DNA from: an uncultured virus (IMG/VR IMGVR_UViG_3300008107_000009)
Taxonomy: Duplodnaviria; Heunggongvirae; Uroviricota; Caudoviricetes
IMG/VR virus record: IMGVR_UViG_3300008107_000009
Length of the DNA: 60,861 nt
Strand: one strand, 5' to 3'
Positions 8,824-17,443 of this stretch are shown piece by piece (the stretch's first letter is position 1; each line of letters opens with the position of its first letter). Under the pieces are notes generated by a model. That model saw only the letters and a list, made by a program, of their open reading frames with translations. It had not been told where the DNA came from and searched no databases. A program made the position numbers and the translations under genes.

Positions 8824-11340
8824 TTATTTTAATTTTGCCTTAAGGATTTCAATCTCTTCTTGCTGCTCTTTTATTGCCTCAATAAGCAACGAAACAAGGT
8901 TACCATATGCTACCATTAGTGTTCCGTCTTCTTTAGTTGAAACAACCTCTGGCATAACCTTTTCTACCTCTTGAGCGATAACACCCGCTCTTCTACTTTT
9001 ATCTTCAGAATCTTTTCTTATGAAAGTTACTCCTCTGATTTGCTTTATTTTTTCTATTGCATTTCCGATAACCTGAACATCCTCTTTAACCGAAATATCT
9101 GAGAAAGCTGCAACATCATGGCTAGCATAGATTGAAATATTAGAAACGTTTCCGTCTACCTCTAAAGGATGTGTTGGATTGGTTCCTGCACCTATACTTA
9201 ATCTTTTATTTGTGTTATCCCAGTATAGACCAGAATCGGACCCTAATGTGGTTCCAGCTGTAAAGAATGCAACCTCTGTTGCTGTCCCAGAAGCTCCACC
9301 TACTCCAGATGTCCCAGAAGAACCTGGTGCTCCGTTTGCCCCAGAGGATCCAGATGTCCCAGAAGAACCTGGTGCTCCGTTTGCCCCAGAGGATCCAGAT
9401 GTCCCAGAAGAACCTGGTGCTCCGTTTGCCCCAGAGGATCCGGAGGTTCCTGATGATCCAGAGGTTCCTGATGATCCATTTTCCCCCGATGATCCAGATG
9501 TTCCCGAAGAACCTGATGTACCAGTAGATCCGGAGGTTCCTGATGATCCAGATGTTCCTGAAGAACCTGATGTACCAGTAGATCCAGAGGTTCCTGATGA
9601 TCCAGAGGTTCCTGATGATCCAGATGTTCCTGAAGAACCTGATGTACCAGTAGATCCAGAAGATCCAGATCTTCCTGAAGAACCCGAAGTTCCTGATGAT
9701 CCTGAACTACCTGCAGATCCCGCGGGTCCTACTGACCCATCCAAGTTCATGAACCATTCCTGTGAAGTACCGTATGTTGAGGTTCCCTCAACATCATTTA
9801 CTAAAATGTCAGCATATCCATTTGGTCCATCGAAAGATTGGATAATACCTGCTATCCAATTATCCTCATCTACCGCAACGACAACATTTTGTGCTACTGT
9901 ATATGAAAGATCAAATTCTTCCGTATTAAAATATACTGAAGTTCCTACTAAAGATTGGCTAAGAGTTATGGCAGAAGCGGTATTGTGCGTTACATCATAA
10001 CTAGATGCTCCTGTTGCATATCTGTCCCCATTAAGTCCCGCAGTTCCTGAAGTTCCCATAGATCCAGAAGATCCAGAAGTTCCCGTCGACCCTGATGTTC
10101 CAGAAGCTCCTGATGATCCGGAGGTTCCTGATGATCCAGAGGTTCCCGTCGATCCTGAGGATCCGTTTACCCCTGAAGTTCCGGTAGATCCAGATGTACC
10201 AGTAGACCCGGAAGTTCCATGTGAACCATCCATTCCAGATCTTCCCGAAGATCCGGAGGTTCCTGATGATCCGTTAACCCCAGATGTTCCATTAGCACCA
10301 GGAGGTCCAGAAGGGCCATCGCCGCCTGAAGTGCCAGAGGATCCAGATTGTCCGGATGTTCCAGATGACCCATTTTGTCCAGATGTCCCTGAAGATCCTG
10401 ATGTTCCCATAGATCCAGAACTCCCCGAACTTCCGGAAGATCCCGCTGTTCCTGAAGATCCTCCTGCTGGTCCAGTAGCACCAACAGATCCTGTTGCTCC
10501 TGTAGGACCAGTTGGACCTGTTGATCCAACATATCCTGAAAAATTTACCCACTCAGTAGATCCATCTATACCACCTAACATTTCACCAGATGTTACGTCT
10601 GTTACAATATTAGAAACTGTTATTGTGATATCTGATCCATTAAAAGAACTAGCATAACCCGGAACAGATTCTATAGTCACGTTCCCTATATGTGAAGATG
10701 CTTTTACGTTTGGATCACTAAGTGTTCCCTGGAGGGAAAGTATTTCAGAAACTATCTTTTGTGCAGTTTGATATGGTGTACCTTGCCATGTAGCAGTTGC
10801 TATATTTACTGCATCTAAAGCTACTGTTATGGTTCCACCCGTTGATCCTGAAAGTATTTCAAATGTAAACGAAGAAGCAACCTCCCCCTGGAAAATATAT
10901 CCTTGGAAATTATTTCCGACGAATCTAACCTCTCCTGGGACAGGAGGTTTTGTGATTGCACTATTTCTGTCAACCCTAAATCTAACTGCTCCACCTGTAC
11001 CATTCTTGTTGTAAAGTTCTATATCTCCGCCAACAAAAACGTTATTTGTAACTGCTATAGAAGCTCCTGTAATTCCGCCGTTATTTCCATCCAATCCTAT
11101 TTTAACTGGACCGGTAGCTGGAAGTTGGATGAGGTCAGATTTTACAAGTTTAAGAAAAAATTGTCCCTGCGTAGAGTTATTGAACTCTGGATAGGGGTCA
11201 GCTATTTTTATCCCGAATGCTTCTTGCAGATCGTTTATTGCACCAGACAGTTGCTGGAAATTTTGATCTGTGGTTAAATCCTTTTGCTGAGAGGATGAAA
11301 CTGACTGAATAGCACTGGTATATTGCCTTAATTCTTTCAT
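8824..11340 (-). CDS. Tail fibre with Gly-X-Y (GSS/GTS) collagen-like repeats and C-terminal intramolecular chaperone (peptidase S74)
   Basis: Two long (G-S/T-S)n tracts. The C-terminus FSDISVKEDVQVIGNAIEKIKQIRGVTF...AGVIAQEVEKVMPEVV...VAYGNLVSLLIEAIKE is the S74 pattern. Confidence 0.9.
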   Translation of the reverse strand: MKELRQYTSAIQSVSSSQQKDLTTDQNFQQLSGAINDLQEAFGIKIADPYPEFNNSTQGQFFLKLVKSDLIQLPATGPVKIGLDGNNGGITGASIAVTNNVFVGGDIELYNKNGTGGAVRFRVDRNSAITKPPVPGEVRFVGNNFQGYIFQGEVASSFTFEILSGSTGGTITVALDAVNIATATWQGTPYQTAQKIVSEILSLQGTLSDPNVKASSHIGNVTIESVPGYASSFNGSDITITVSNIVTDVTSGEMLGGIDGSTEWVNFSGYVGSTGPTGPTGATGSVGATGPAGGSSGTAGSSGSSGSSGSMGTSGSSGTSGQNGSSGTSGQSGSSGTSGGDGPSGPPGANGTSGVNGSSGTSGSSGRSGMDGSHGTSGSTGTSGSTGTSGVNGSSGSTGTSGSSGTSGSSGASGTSGSTGTSGSSGSMGTSGTAGLNGDRYATGASSYDVTHNTASAITLSQSLVGTSVYFNTEEFDLSYTVAQNVVVAVDEDNWIAGIIQSFDGPNGYADILVNDVEGTSTYGTSQEWFMNLDGSVGPAGSAGSSGSSGTSGSSGRSGSSGSTGTSGSSGTSGSSGTSGSSGTSGSTGTSGSSGTSGSSGTSGSTGTSGSSGTSGSSGENGSSGTSGSSGTSGSSGANGAPGSSGTSGSSGANGAPGSSGTSGSSGANGAPGSSGTSGVGGASGTATEVAFFTAGTTLGSDSGLYWDNTNKRLSIGAGTNPTHPLEVDGNVSNISIYASHDVAAFSDISVKEDVQVIGNAIEKIKQIRGVTFIRKDSEDKSRRAGVIAQEVEKVMPEVVSTKEDGTLMVAYGNLVSLLIEAIKEQQEEIEILKAKLK
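9305..9439. repeat. Three perfect 45-bp tandem repeats within the fibre gene
   Basis: ccagatgtcccagaagaacctggtgctccgtttgccccagaggat occurs three times and encodes SSGANGAPGSSGTSG. Confidence 0.9.
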
Positions 11341-11387
11341 TCTTGGTGGATACTTTTCTTATATATCCACAGAAAGAATAAGCATAT

Positions 11388-11786
11388 TTAAGAAAGCAGT
11401 TCTTCTATTGACTTGCAGAAGGATTTAAATTCCTGCGGATAGTATTGACTAAGCTCTTTGATTTCTCTATCCGATATTTCGTATTTGTGCTTTATAAAGG
11501 AAGAGACCTCATCTGAGGGGTTAAATATCTCCTTTTTATCTTTTTTCTTGGTTGATGTGAAGAACCATCCTGGCGTAGCTTTATATTTTTGATTCAAAGT
11601 TGCTTTCCAAAAATCTATAACAGGAACTGGATCTACTTTGGTATTGTTAAAAGCATTTGCCTGTAGGGGAAAGGATATTGACATGATCCGATTTATCATG
11701 AAAAAATTTCTAGACTTATCATGTTTAGAGACTTCCTCCCAGTCCTTTTCCGAGAAAAATGATTTTAAAATGTCAAAAAGTTCCAT
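11388..11786 (-). CDS. Clamp-loader small subunit (T4 gp62-like)
   Basis: MELFDILKSF...FFMINRIMS..P...N pattern, a basic patch then FIKHKYEISDRE, and location in the same operon as the gp44-like gene. Confidence 0.6.
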   Translation of the reverse strand: MELFDILKSFFSEKDWEEVSKHDKSRNFFMINRIMSISFPLQANAFNNTKVDPVPVIDFWKATLNQKYKATPGWFFTSTKKKDKKEIFNPSDEVSSFIKHKYEISDREIKELSQYYPQEFKSFCKSIEELLS

Positions 11787-12919
11787 TATCTAAAGCTCTT
11801 AAATGGGTTAAAAGCAGAAGGTGCTTCATAAGAATCCCATCTGGATCTCCCGATCATATTTTTCTTATCAGTCAACACTGACTTAATTTCTGGCTTATTG
11901 GAAACAAAAGAAAATTCCATATCAGCCAAAACCTTTTCTGGTATAACCTGATCTGATAACCAAACCAATTGTGCATTCTCAGAGTAGTTTTTTGCTACCT
12001 CTTTTCTGTTAGATGCAGTATCAGTATATGCCATGCTCCTTAAAACATATCCGGATATCCAATCCAAAAATTCTTCATCCTTCCACACATCTTCCAGATT
12101 TGAATTTCCCCATCCGGATTTCTTATAATGCTCATAGATTGATTCCGCCTTAGTCTTAGTTAGCTTAAAAATCTTACCTGGGGTTTTTTCATAAGAAAAT
12201 ACACTTGGTACATCATCCTTAGCATCTCCTGTAAGGATTTTTTCAAATGTTAATTTTTTTGTGTCAATTTCTTCTAAAGTTGCGGAAGAGCAAATTTTAA
12301 TCATTTTCTCTTTTTCTGTGTCTTTTACAAAATCCAGATTGAAAATAGAAGCTTCCTCTTCCTTATCAATGAAATTATTTTTCCATCCATTGCCACAAAA
12401 TATCTTATTGTTCTTAGAATTTGCATTCCAGCATATCGTCCATCTATTATCTGTTGATTCTACTAACTGGTGACTGTCTTTATCACCAGAAAAAACCACA
12501 ACATTGTGACCTATTTCTTTGAGTTTTTCGTTCCAAAACCAGAGAAGATCGTCACCCTCTGCTCCTGGGGATTTGGAGTAAACGTATCCATTCATTTCTA
12601 GAAATTTCCCAAATTCGTCCATAAGATCGAAGAAAGAACCCCAATCTACCTTCTCGTCCTTAATTCTAGAACCTTTGTAATCAACCCTTTCTATTTTGAG
12701 GTCTTTTCTCCAAGATCTAGAGTCCTTACAAAAAATAACATGTCCCGTAATCGGAAGCTGGTTTAAAGAATAGCAAAGATCTGTAATGATCTTTCTCATA
12801 AACATTCCCTGTTCAGCAGGGCTAGAAAGTACCTCTCCAGGTTGCTTGGATCCAAAATCGGAAAATATAGCAAACGTCTTGTGGAATAGGTAATTACCGT
12901 CTATTATAACACTTATCAT
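11786..12919 (-). CDS. rnh: 5'-3' exonuclease / RNase H (T4 rnh, FEN-like)
   Basis: IIDGNYL, DSRSWRK, YKGSR, GAEGDD, SGDKDSHQL and ILTGDAKDDVP. Confidence 0.9.
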   Translation of the reverse strand: MISVIIDGNYLFHKTFAIFSDFGSKQPGEVLSSPAEQGMFMRKIITDLCYSLNQLPITGHVIFCKDSRSWRKDLKIERVDYKGSRIKDEKVDWGSFFDLMDEFGKFLEMNGYVYSKSPGAEGDDLLWFWNEKLKEIGHNVVVFSGDKDSHQLVESTDNRWTICWNANSKNNKIFCGNGWKNNFIDKEEEASIFNLDFVKDTEKEKMIKICSSATLEEIDTKKLTFEKILTGDAKDDVPSVFSYEKTPGKIFKLTKTKAESIYEHYKKSGWGNSNLEDVWKDEEFLDWISGYVLRSMAYTDTASNRKEVAKNYSENAQLVWLSDQVIPEKVLADMEFSFVSNKPEIKSVLTDKKNMIGRSRWDSYEAPSAFNPFKSFR

Positions 12920-12921
12920 AA

Positions 12922-13401
12922 TTAAAAGTCTTCGTTTTTAATTCTAATATCATAGTCTTTAAAATCCATAAAATCCCTGTCATCAGCCTCTAATCTACGT
13001 TCTGCACTATCTGCATCATTTCTTTCTGCTAATCTTTTTCTTAGGATTTCTCTGTCAGGATCTATGAAAATAATAAAACACTTTTTTCTGTGCTCTGGTT
13101 TTATGCTTGCAACACCTCTTGGTGTCATAATCAAAAGACTGGATTTTTCAAAGTCCTCTATAGTTCTTCCATACTTCCATCCATTGAAATCATCTATTTC
13201 ATAAAACTTGTGAACGTTATTATTGAAGAAGGTATCGTCTCTAAAGTAGTAATCCCTCCCCTCCTTTTCAGTTTCCCTTTTTGGGCGACTAGTATAGGAA
13301 ACACAGTATTTAAATCCTCTTTGTTCGAGCTTTTTTCTCATGAAATCCTTCCCGGATCCTCCTCTACCAACTAAAATTATTTTACTATCCTTAAAAGCCA
13401 T
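12922..13401 (-). CDS. gmk: Guanylate kinase-like nucleotide kinase
   Basis: GRGGSGKD P-loop, SYTSRPKRETEKEGRDYYF and FNGWKYG. Start reassigned to ATG 13401, which overlaps the upstream stop as TAATG. Confidence 0.88.
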   Translation of the reverse strand: MAFKDSKIILVGRGGSGKDFMRKKLEQRGFKYCVSYTSRPKRETEKEGRDYYFRDDTFFNNNVHKFYEIDDFNGWKYGRTIEDFEKSSLLIMTPRGVASIKPEHRKKCFIIFIDPDREILRKRLAERNDADSAERRLEADDRDFMDFKDYDIRIKNEDF

Positions 13402-14345
13402 TATTGAGTTAATTTTTGAATCGAATAAAAAAGTGATAATAGACTCACTACGGGATCGATGACCTGATGTCTTTGGGATTGGTGTTGTGCAACTAAAATA
13501 ATAACAGCAGGAATTATAGAGATTTTTTCGGGTTTTCTTTCCCTGATCCATTCTATAAAATCTCGTCCAAGTGATTCCATTACCTCACCAACAGAATTAG
13601 AATATTGTCCGACTATTGTTTGATAACTTTTAAGAGGGTCTAATTTTTGAAAAAGCATTTCATAAAGTTCTTCATAGTCCCAAGCTGTTTCAGATACCTT
13701 CTGATCTGTTATTTTTTCTGTGCCTTGAATTTGCCACCTTTGAATGCAATTCAGAGCTGATCTCATATCAGGATAATACTTCTTGACGAAAGATTGTAAT
13801 GCTTTATCCTCGATAGAAATTCCTAACTTTCCTAGAATGAGTACTATTCTTTTTTCCCACTGATCCTTGAGATCCTGCTCTTCTTCCTTGTTAACAGGAT
13901 CAAAGACAAAAACCTCAAATCTACTCTTCATCGGATCTGGTACCTTATTGATCCAATTGCAGGTTGCTACGAATCTAGTATTCTTGGCAAATTTTTCGAT
14001 AACACCTCTAAGTGCTTTGTAGAATTGATCAGAAGCCCCGTCAAACTCGTCAAGAACCACGATCTTTGTTGGATTTTCGTCGTTCATGATTGACACAGTC
14101 GAACAAAATCCTGTAATTTTTTCTCGTACGGTATCAACAGAACTTTCATCGGAAACATTGATAAAAAGCCTTGGTGAATTTTCAGACAAAATCTTTGCAA
14201 GAGAAGTTTTACCAGATCCTGGAGATCCAGTCAGTAATACGTTTTGTTGTAAACCGTTCTTGAAAGCATCCTTGATCCTCTCTGGTAAAATCATGTGCTT
14301 AAGCTCTTTAGGCCTAAGCTTTTCTGTTAAAAGCATGTTTATCAT
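13401..14345 (-). CDS. Clamp-loader ATPase subunit (T4 gp44 / RFC)
   Basis: EKLRP, GSPGSGKTS, LDEFD, ALRGVIE, TCN, SRF and PDMRSALN. Confidence 0.93.
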   Translation of the reverse strand: MINMLLTEKLRPKELKHMILPERIKDAFKNGLQQNVLLTGSPGSGKTSLAKILSENSPRLFINVSDESSVDTVREKITGFCSTVSIMNDENPTKIVVLDEFDGASDQFYKALRGVIEKFAKNTRFVATCNWINKVPDPMKSRFEVFVFDPVNKEEEQDLKDQWEKRIVLILGKLGISIEDKALQSFVKKYYPDMRSALNCIQRWQIQGTEKITDQKVSETAWDYEELYEMLFQKLDPLKSYQTIVGQYSNSVGEVMESLGRDFIEWIRERKPEKISIIPAVIILVAQHQSQRHQVIDPVVSLLSLFYSIQKLTQ

Positions 14346-15661
14346 TTCTTCTTGCTAAATTTTTCTACTAATGATTCAGGTTCACTCTTATCGTTTCTTA
14401 CCTCGATGAATCTGGGTAGAAAAAGAGATTTATTGCCGTTCTTATCCTCGATAGGAACGTTATACTGAATGGCAACGACCTTACCAATTATATCATCAGG
14501 GTTGCGAGAAAGTTCAATCAAATCTTGTTCCGTGAATCCAGATCCAACCTTAACTTCATATTCTCCTGATAAATCCTTACACATAAAACCCCCGATAAAT
14601 CCTTCTCTTTTTCCTTCTCCTGGATACCAACCAGTAACTACCAAATCGCAGTCTTGAACCTCCTTGAATTTGATCCAGCTTTTAGATCTTTTGCATTCGT
14701 AAAAGTGTGTAGGATCTTTCATAATCACACCCTCTCCCCCATTAGCAACGATTTGCTCGTAGATAGGCATTAATTCGTCTTTGGTTTTTGCCTCCCACTT
14801 CTGAGCGATCTTAATATTTTCGAAAGATTTGTTCTTAAAAAATTGTTCTAGAAGTTCCCTTCTTTGAGTGTAAACAGTGATACCCTTACCATCTTTAATA
14901 GTTTTTGTGGGCTCAACATCAAAGATATTAAATAGTAGATCGTCACCAATGCTCTCCTTTGGTGAACCCTTCATCATCTGGGTAACCTTACCACTAACAC
15001 TTTTTCTATCTAAATCAGTTAATTCCCCGTCGAAGAAAATTCCGTCTATACCATGGGAAAGTTCTAGTATTTGATTTGCTATACGGGCAAGAAATCTAGA
15101 ATCTAATTCGTTAAACGCTCTGGTATAAAATTTTGGATTTTTATTTTCTACCACACAGATAACTCTAACTCCGTCATACTTTTCCTCACAAACTATAGAC
15201 CCCCATTTATCGAGGACTTTATGATCATCCTCCGCAAGCATAAGACTAGGGTCTGGAATTAATTCCTTTCCGACCGCTTTATTGATCATCTTGGCTCCTA
15301 TACCTATGTTCATACGCTTCGTAAGCACCTTAGCAAAGACCTTTTTCAGTTCTATATGATAACCAGTAGATTCTACCAAGCGTTCAGCTACGCCCCTTAA
15401 ATGATCGTTTATAGCAGGTGCTTTTTTAAGTGTCTCACAAAGATCCACGAATTCCTGAAATAATTGAGGGTTTTCCTTGCAATCCTTATCCTCGTAATTT
15501 AACTTGTGAAGTTTTGTAGTGACAAAAGGATCAAAACAAATAGAGAGGATATACTCTAATTCGGGTGTAAGATTTTTTGAAATTAATTCCTGCTTTTTCT
15601 TCTGAGATCCCTCCCCAGTGCAGTTTTCAATTTCTAAAAGGAGTTCCAGTTCTTTCTTCAT
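14342..15661 (-). CDS. lig: ATP-dependent DNA ligase (T4 gp30-like)
   Basis: EEKYDGVR, FDGEL, FDV, EGVIMK, KRSKSWIKFK, VGSGF and SLFLPRF..R.DK. Confidence 0.95.
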   Translation of the reverse strand: MKKELELLLEIENCTGEGSQKKKQELISKNLTPELEYILSICFDPFVTTKLHKLNYEDKDCKENPQLFQEFVDLCETLKKAPAINDHLRGVAERLVESTGYHIELKKVFAKVLTKRMNIGIGAKMINKAVGKELIPDPSLMLAEDDHKVLDKWGSIVCEEKYDGVRVICVVENKNPKFYTRAFNELDSRFLARIANQILELSHGIDGIFFDGELTDLDRKSVSGKVTQMMKGSPKESIGDDLLFNIFDVEPTKTIKDGKGITVYTQRRELLEQFFKNKSFENIKIAQKWEAKTKDELMPIYEQIVANGGEGVIMKDPTHFYECKRSKSWIKFKEVQDCDLVVTGWYPGEGKREGFIGGFMCKDLSGEYEVKVGSGFTEQDLIELSRNPDDIIGKVVAIQYNVPIEDKNGNKSLFLPRFIEVRNDKSEPESLVEKFSKKK

Positions 15662-15681
15662 TTGATGTTTTTTTATAACAC

Positions 15682-15715
15682 CAAATTTACATGAAATCCC
15701 CGATTAATAAAAATG
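15682..15715 (-). promoter_or_regulatory. Host (Bacteroidota sigma-A-like) promoter CATTTTT-N19-TAAATTTG; representative of 5 copies
   Basis: Identical spacing at 5852-5885, 15682-15715, 31963-31996, 54133-54166 and 56802-56835. Confidence 0.7.
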
Positions 15716-15727
15716 TTTCAAGAGGTA

Positions 15728-17440
15728 TTATGGAGCTTCAGCTGCTGCTGGCTCTGCTGGGGGTTCAGGGGTAGCTGCCGGCTCCTCTGCTGCGGGTGCT
15801 TCTGGTTCATCCGCCGGAGTTGATTCTGTGGTATCTGCTGCAGGAGGTTCTATAGAGGCTCCCCCTCCTGCTCCGCCGTCCCCTTCAACCTTAATTTCAG
15901 CATTTTCTTCTTCGTCTTTCTTCTTATAGATTTCATTTACCCTACGATCCTCGTTGGTTAATCCGAGGAATTTATCTATTAAGAAGTCTTGACTAAAATA
16001 AGGATTTTCTTCCTCGCCTTTCTTTTCCTTAATTTCTGAAAGTCCTGCTATAAAATCTATTTTTTTAATCAGCTGTTCAATCTCTTTGGATTCTCCAAAT
16101 TGATTATCAGAGTTCCATTTGATACCTAGCTGAGATCTGAAAACTGCGTCATTTTTCAATTCTGGATGATCTAACGTCATTTGGATCCAAAGAGGTTTAA
16201 GCATGATCTCTTGATAGATCGATCTGATTCTATTAATGAACTTATTGTATCTGATTTCATCTCTTTCAGCAGATTCAGCACCTATCTTGTAAGTTCCAAC
16301 TGTTCCGCCTGATCTAGCAGCAAATCTGTTAAAAGGTATTTTAGAGTCTGCCTTAAGCTTATTGAAAAAGTATACAACAGCATCTATGATATTAAGATTT
16401 GGTCCAGCAGAATTGATGGTCTCAATCTTAGGAGATTCCCCACCTTGAACTGGGAAAAGATAGTTTTTATAAAACTGTAAATTGGGTCTTCCGTTAACAC
16501 TCAGTTCGCCTGATTCTGTGTTTAATTTGATATCCTCTTTATACATGGTCATCAATTCACCTAAAGTCTCTTTTGCTTTTTGTGGAGATCTAGATCCAAC
16601 TGGAATTGTCATCTTAATTCTGAAAGAGGCATTCATCACATTCCAGATAATTCTGGTATGCTCCATAATCTTTAAAAGATTATGTGAACGTATCAATCTT
16701 TCACAGTAACTAGTTCTACTAGCGCTATTTCCTTTGGCAAATGAAATATAAATGACTTGAGAATCGTAAAGCCTTCTTTCTCTAGTACTATCTCCATAAT
16801 ATTGAATCCAGATAGGAATCGTCTCCCCCGACTGGTTTCTTTCTGTTGTCGGGGTCAATGATGTTGGATCCAATTCTTTAAATCCTACAATTTGCCTTCC
16901 ATCATCAGAATAAACAATTTCGAAAGATAAAAATCCGTCAATTAAAAACTGTCTAAAATATTGCCAAGCGGATATCCCATTATTAAATCCATGGGAGATA
17001 TACATTTTTCTAAAGTTATCTCTTAATGAATCAACAACATCTTCTTTGAGATCCATATTAACAAGAGATAGACTACAACAAAAATTTCTATCATCGTAAA
17101 CTATAGCTTCATCAGCAAGAATATCAAGGATCCATTCTATTTCTGCATTTAAAGCAAACCTGCGTAAAAACTCTCTCTTAAAAGGATAGTCTTTATCAAA
17201 GTAAGCAATATACTTTCTGTTACTAGTGTCTTGAGAAGCCAAACTAAAAATGAAATCTTCATCTGAATCGGTAAGACCCATTCTTTCCCTCATCATTGCT
17301 TCGGAAACACCAATGGCCTGTGAATTTTTCACAACAAGATCCTTATACTCCATTCCGAAGCTTCCTATCTTGCTCACACTCTTAAGGATCTTTCCTATAT
17401 TAGGATTCCTTTGTGAAAAATCATCTATAAATCCTGCCAT
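15728..17440 (-). CDS. Portal vertex protein (T4 gp20-like), paralog B
   Basis: EIEWILDILADEAIVYD, FRQFLIDG, ELDP, SYCERLIRSHNLLKIME, AERDEIRYNKFINRIR and DNQFGE. Confidence 0.9.
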   Translation of the reverse strand: MAGFIDDFSQRNPNIGKILKSVSKIGSFGMEYKDLVVKNSQAIGVSEAMMRERMGLTDSDEDFIFSLASQDTSNRKYIAYFDKDYPFKREFLRRFALNAEIEWILDILADEAIVYDDRNFCCSLSLVNMDLKEDVVDSLRDNFRKMYISHGFNNGISAWQYFRQFLIDGFLSFEIVYSDDGRQIVGFKELDPTSLTPTTERNQSGETIPIWIQYYGDSTRERRLYDSQVIYISFAKGNSASRTSYCERLIRSHNLLKIMEHTRIIWNVMNASFRIKMTIPVGSRSPQKAKETLGELMTMYKEDIKLNTESGELSVNGRPNLQFYKNYLFPVQGGESPKIETINSAGPNLNIIDAVVYFFNKLKADSKIPFNRFAARSGGTVGTYKIGAESAERDEIRYNKFINRIRSIYQEIMLKPLWIQMTLDHPELKNDAVFRSQLGIKWNSDNQFGESKEIEQLIKKIDFIAGLSEIKEKKGEEENPYFSQDFLIDKFLGLTNEDRRVNEIYKKKDEEENAEIKVEGDGGAGGGASIEPPAADTTESTPADEPEAPAAEEPAATPEPPAEPAAAEAP

Positions 17441-17443
17441 TTA

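Noticed and set aside
9305..9700. Regular repeats that could be mistaken for a CRISPR array or a DGR template
   Set aside because: They are head-to-tail in-frame coding repeats without unique spacers. No cas or reverse transcriptase gene is present, and no adenine-specific variant pair was seen.
9179..10657. Long antisense and alternate-frame ORFs (PEDPDVP-rich etc.) over the fibre gene, and likewise at 23329-26081
   Set aside because: They are shadows of Gly-Ser/Thr codon repeats, which lack stops in other frames. They have no promoters or independent features.
13402..13551. N-terminal extensions in the ORF track (guanylate kinase; similarly 52593-52664, 54173-54187, 55701-55751 and 57670-57699)
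   Set aside because: These extensions overlap upstream genes or promoter motifs. The downstream ATGs fit the domain starts and TAATG coupling better.
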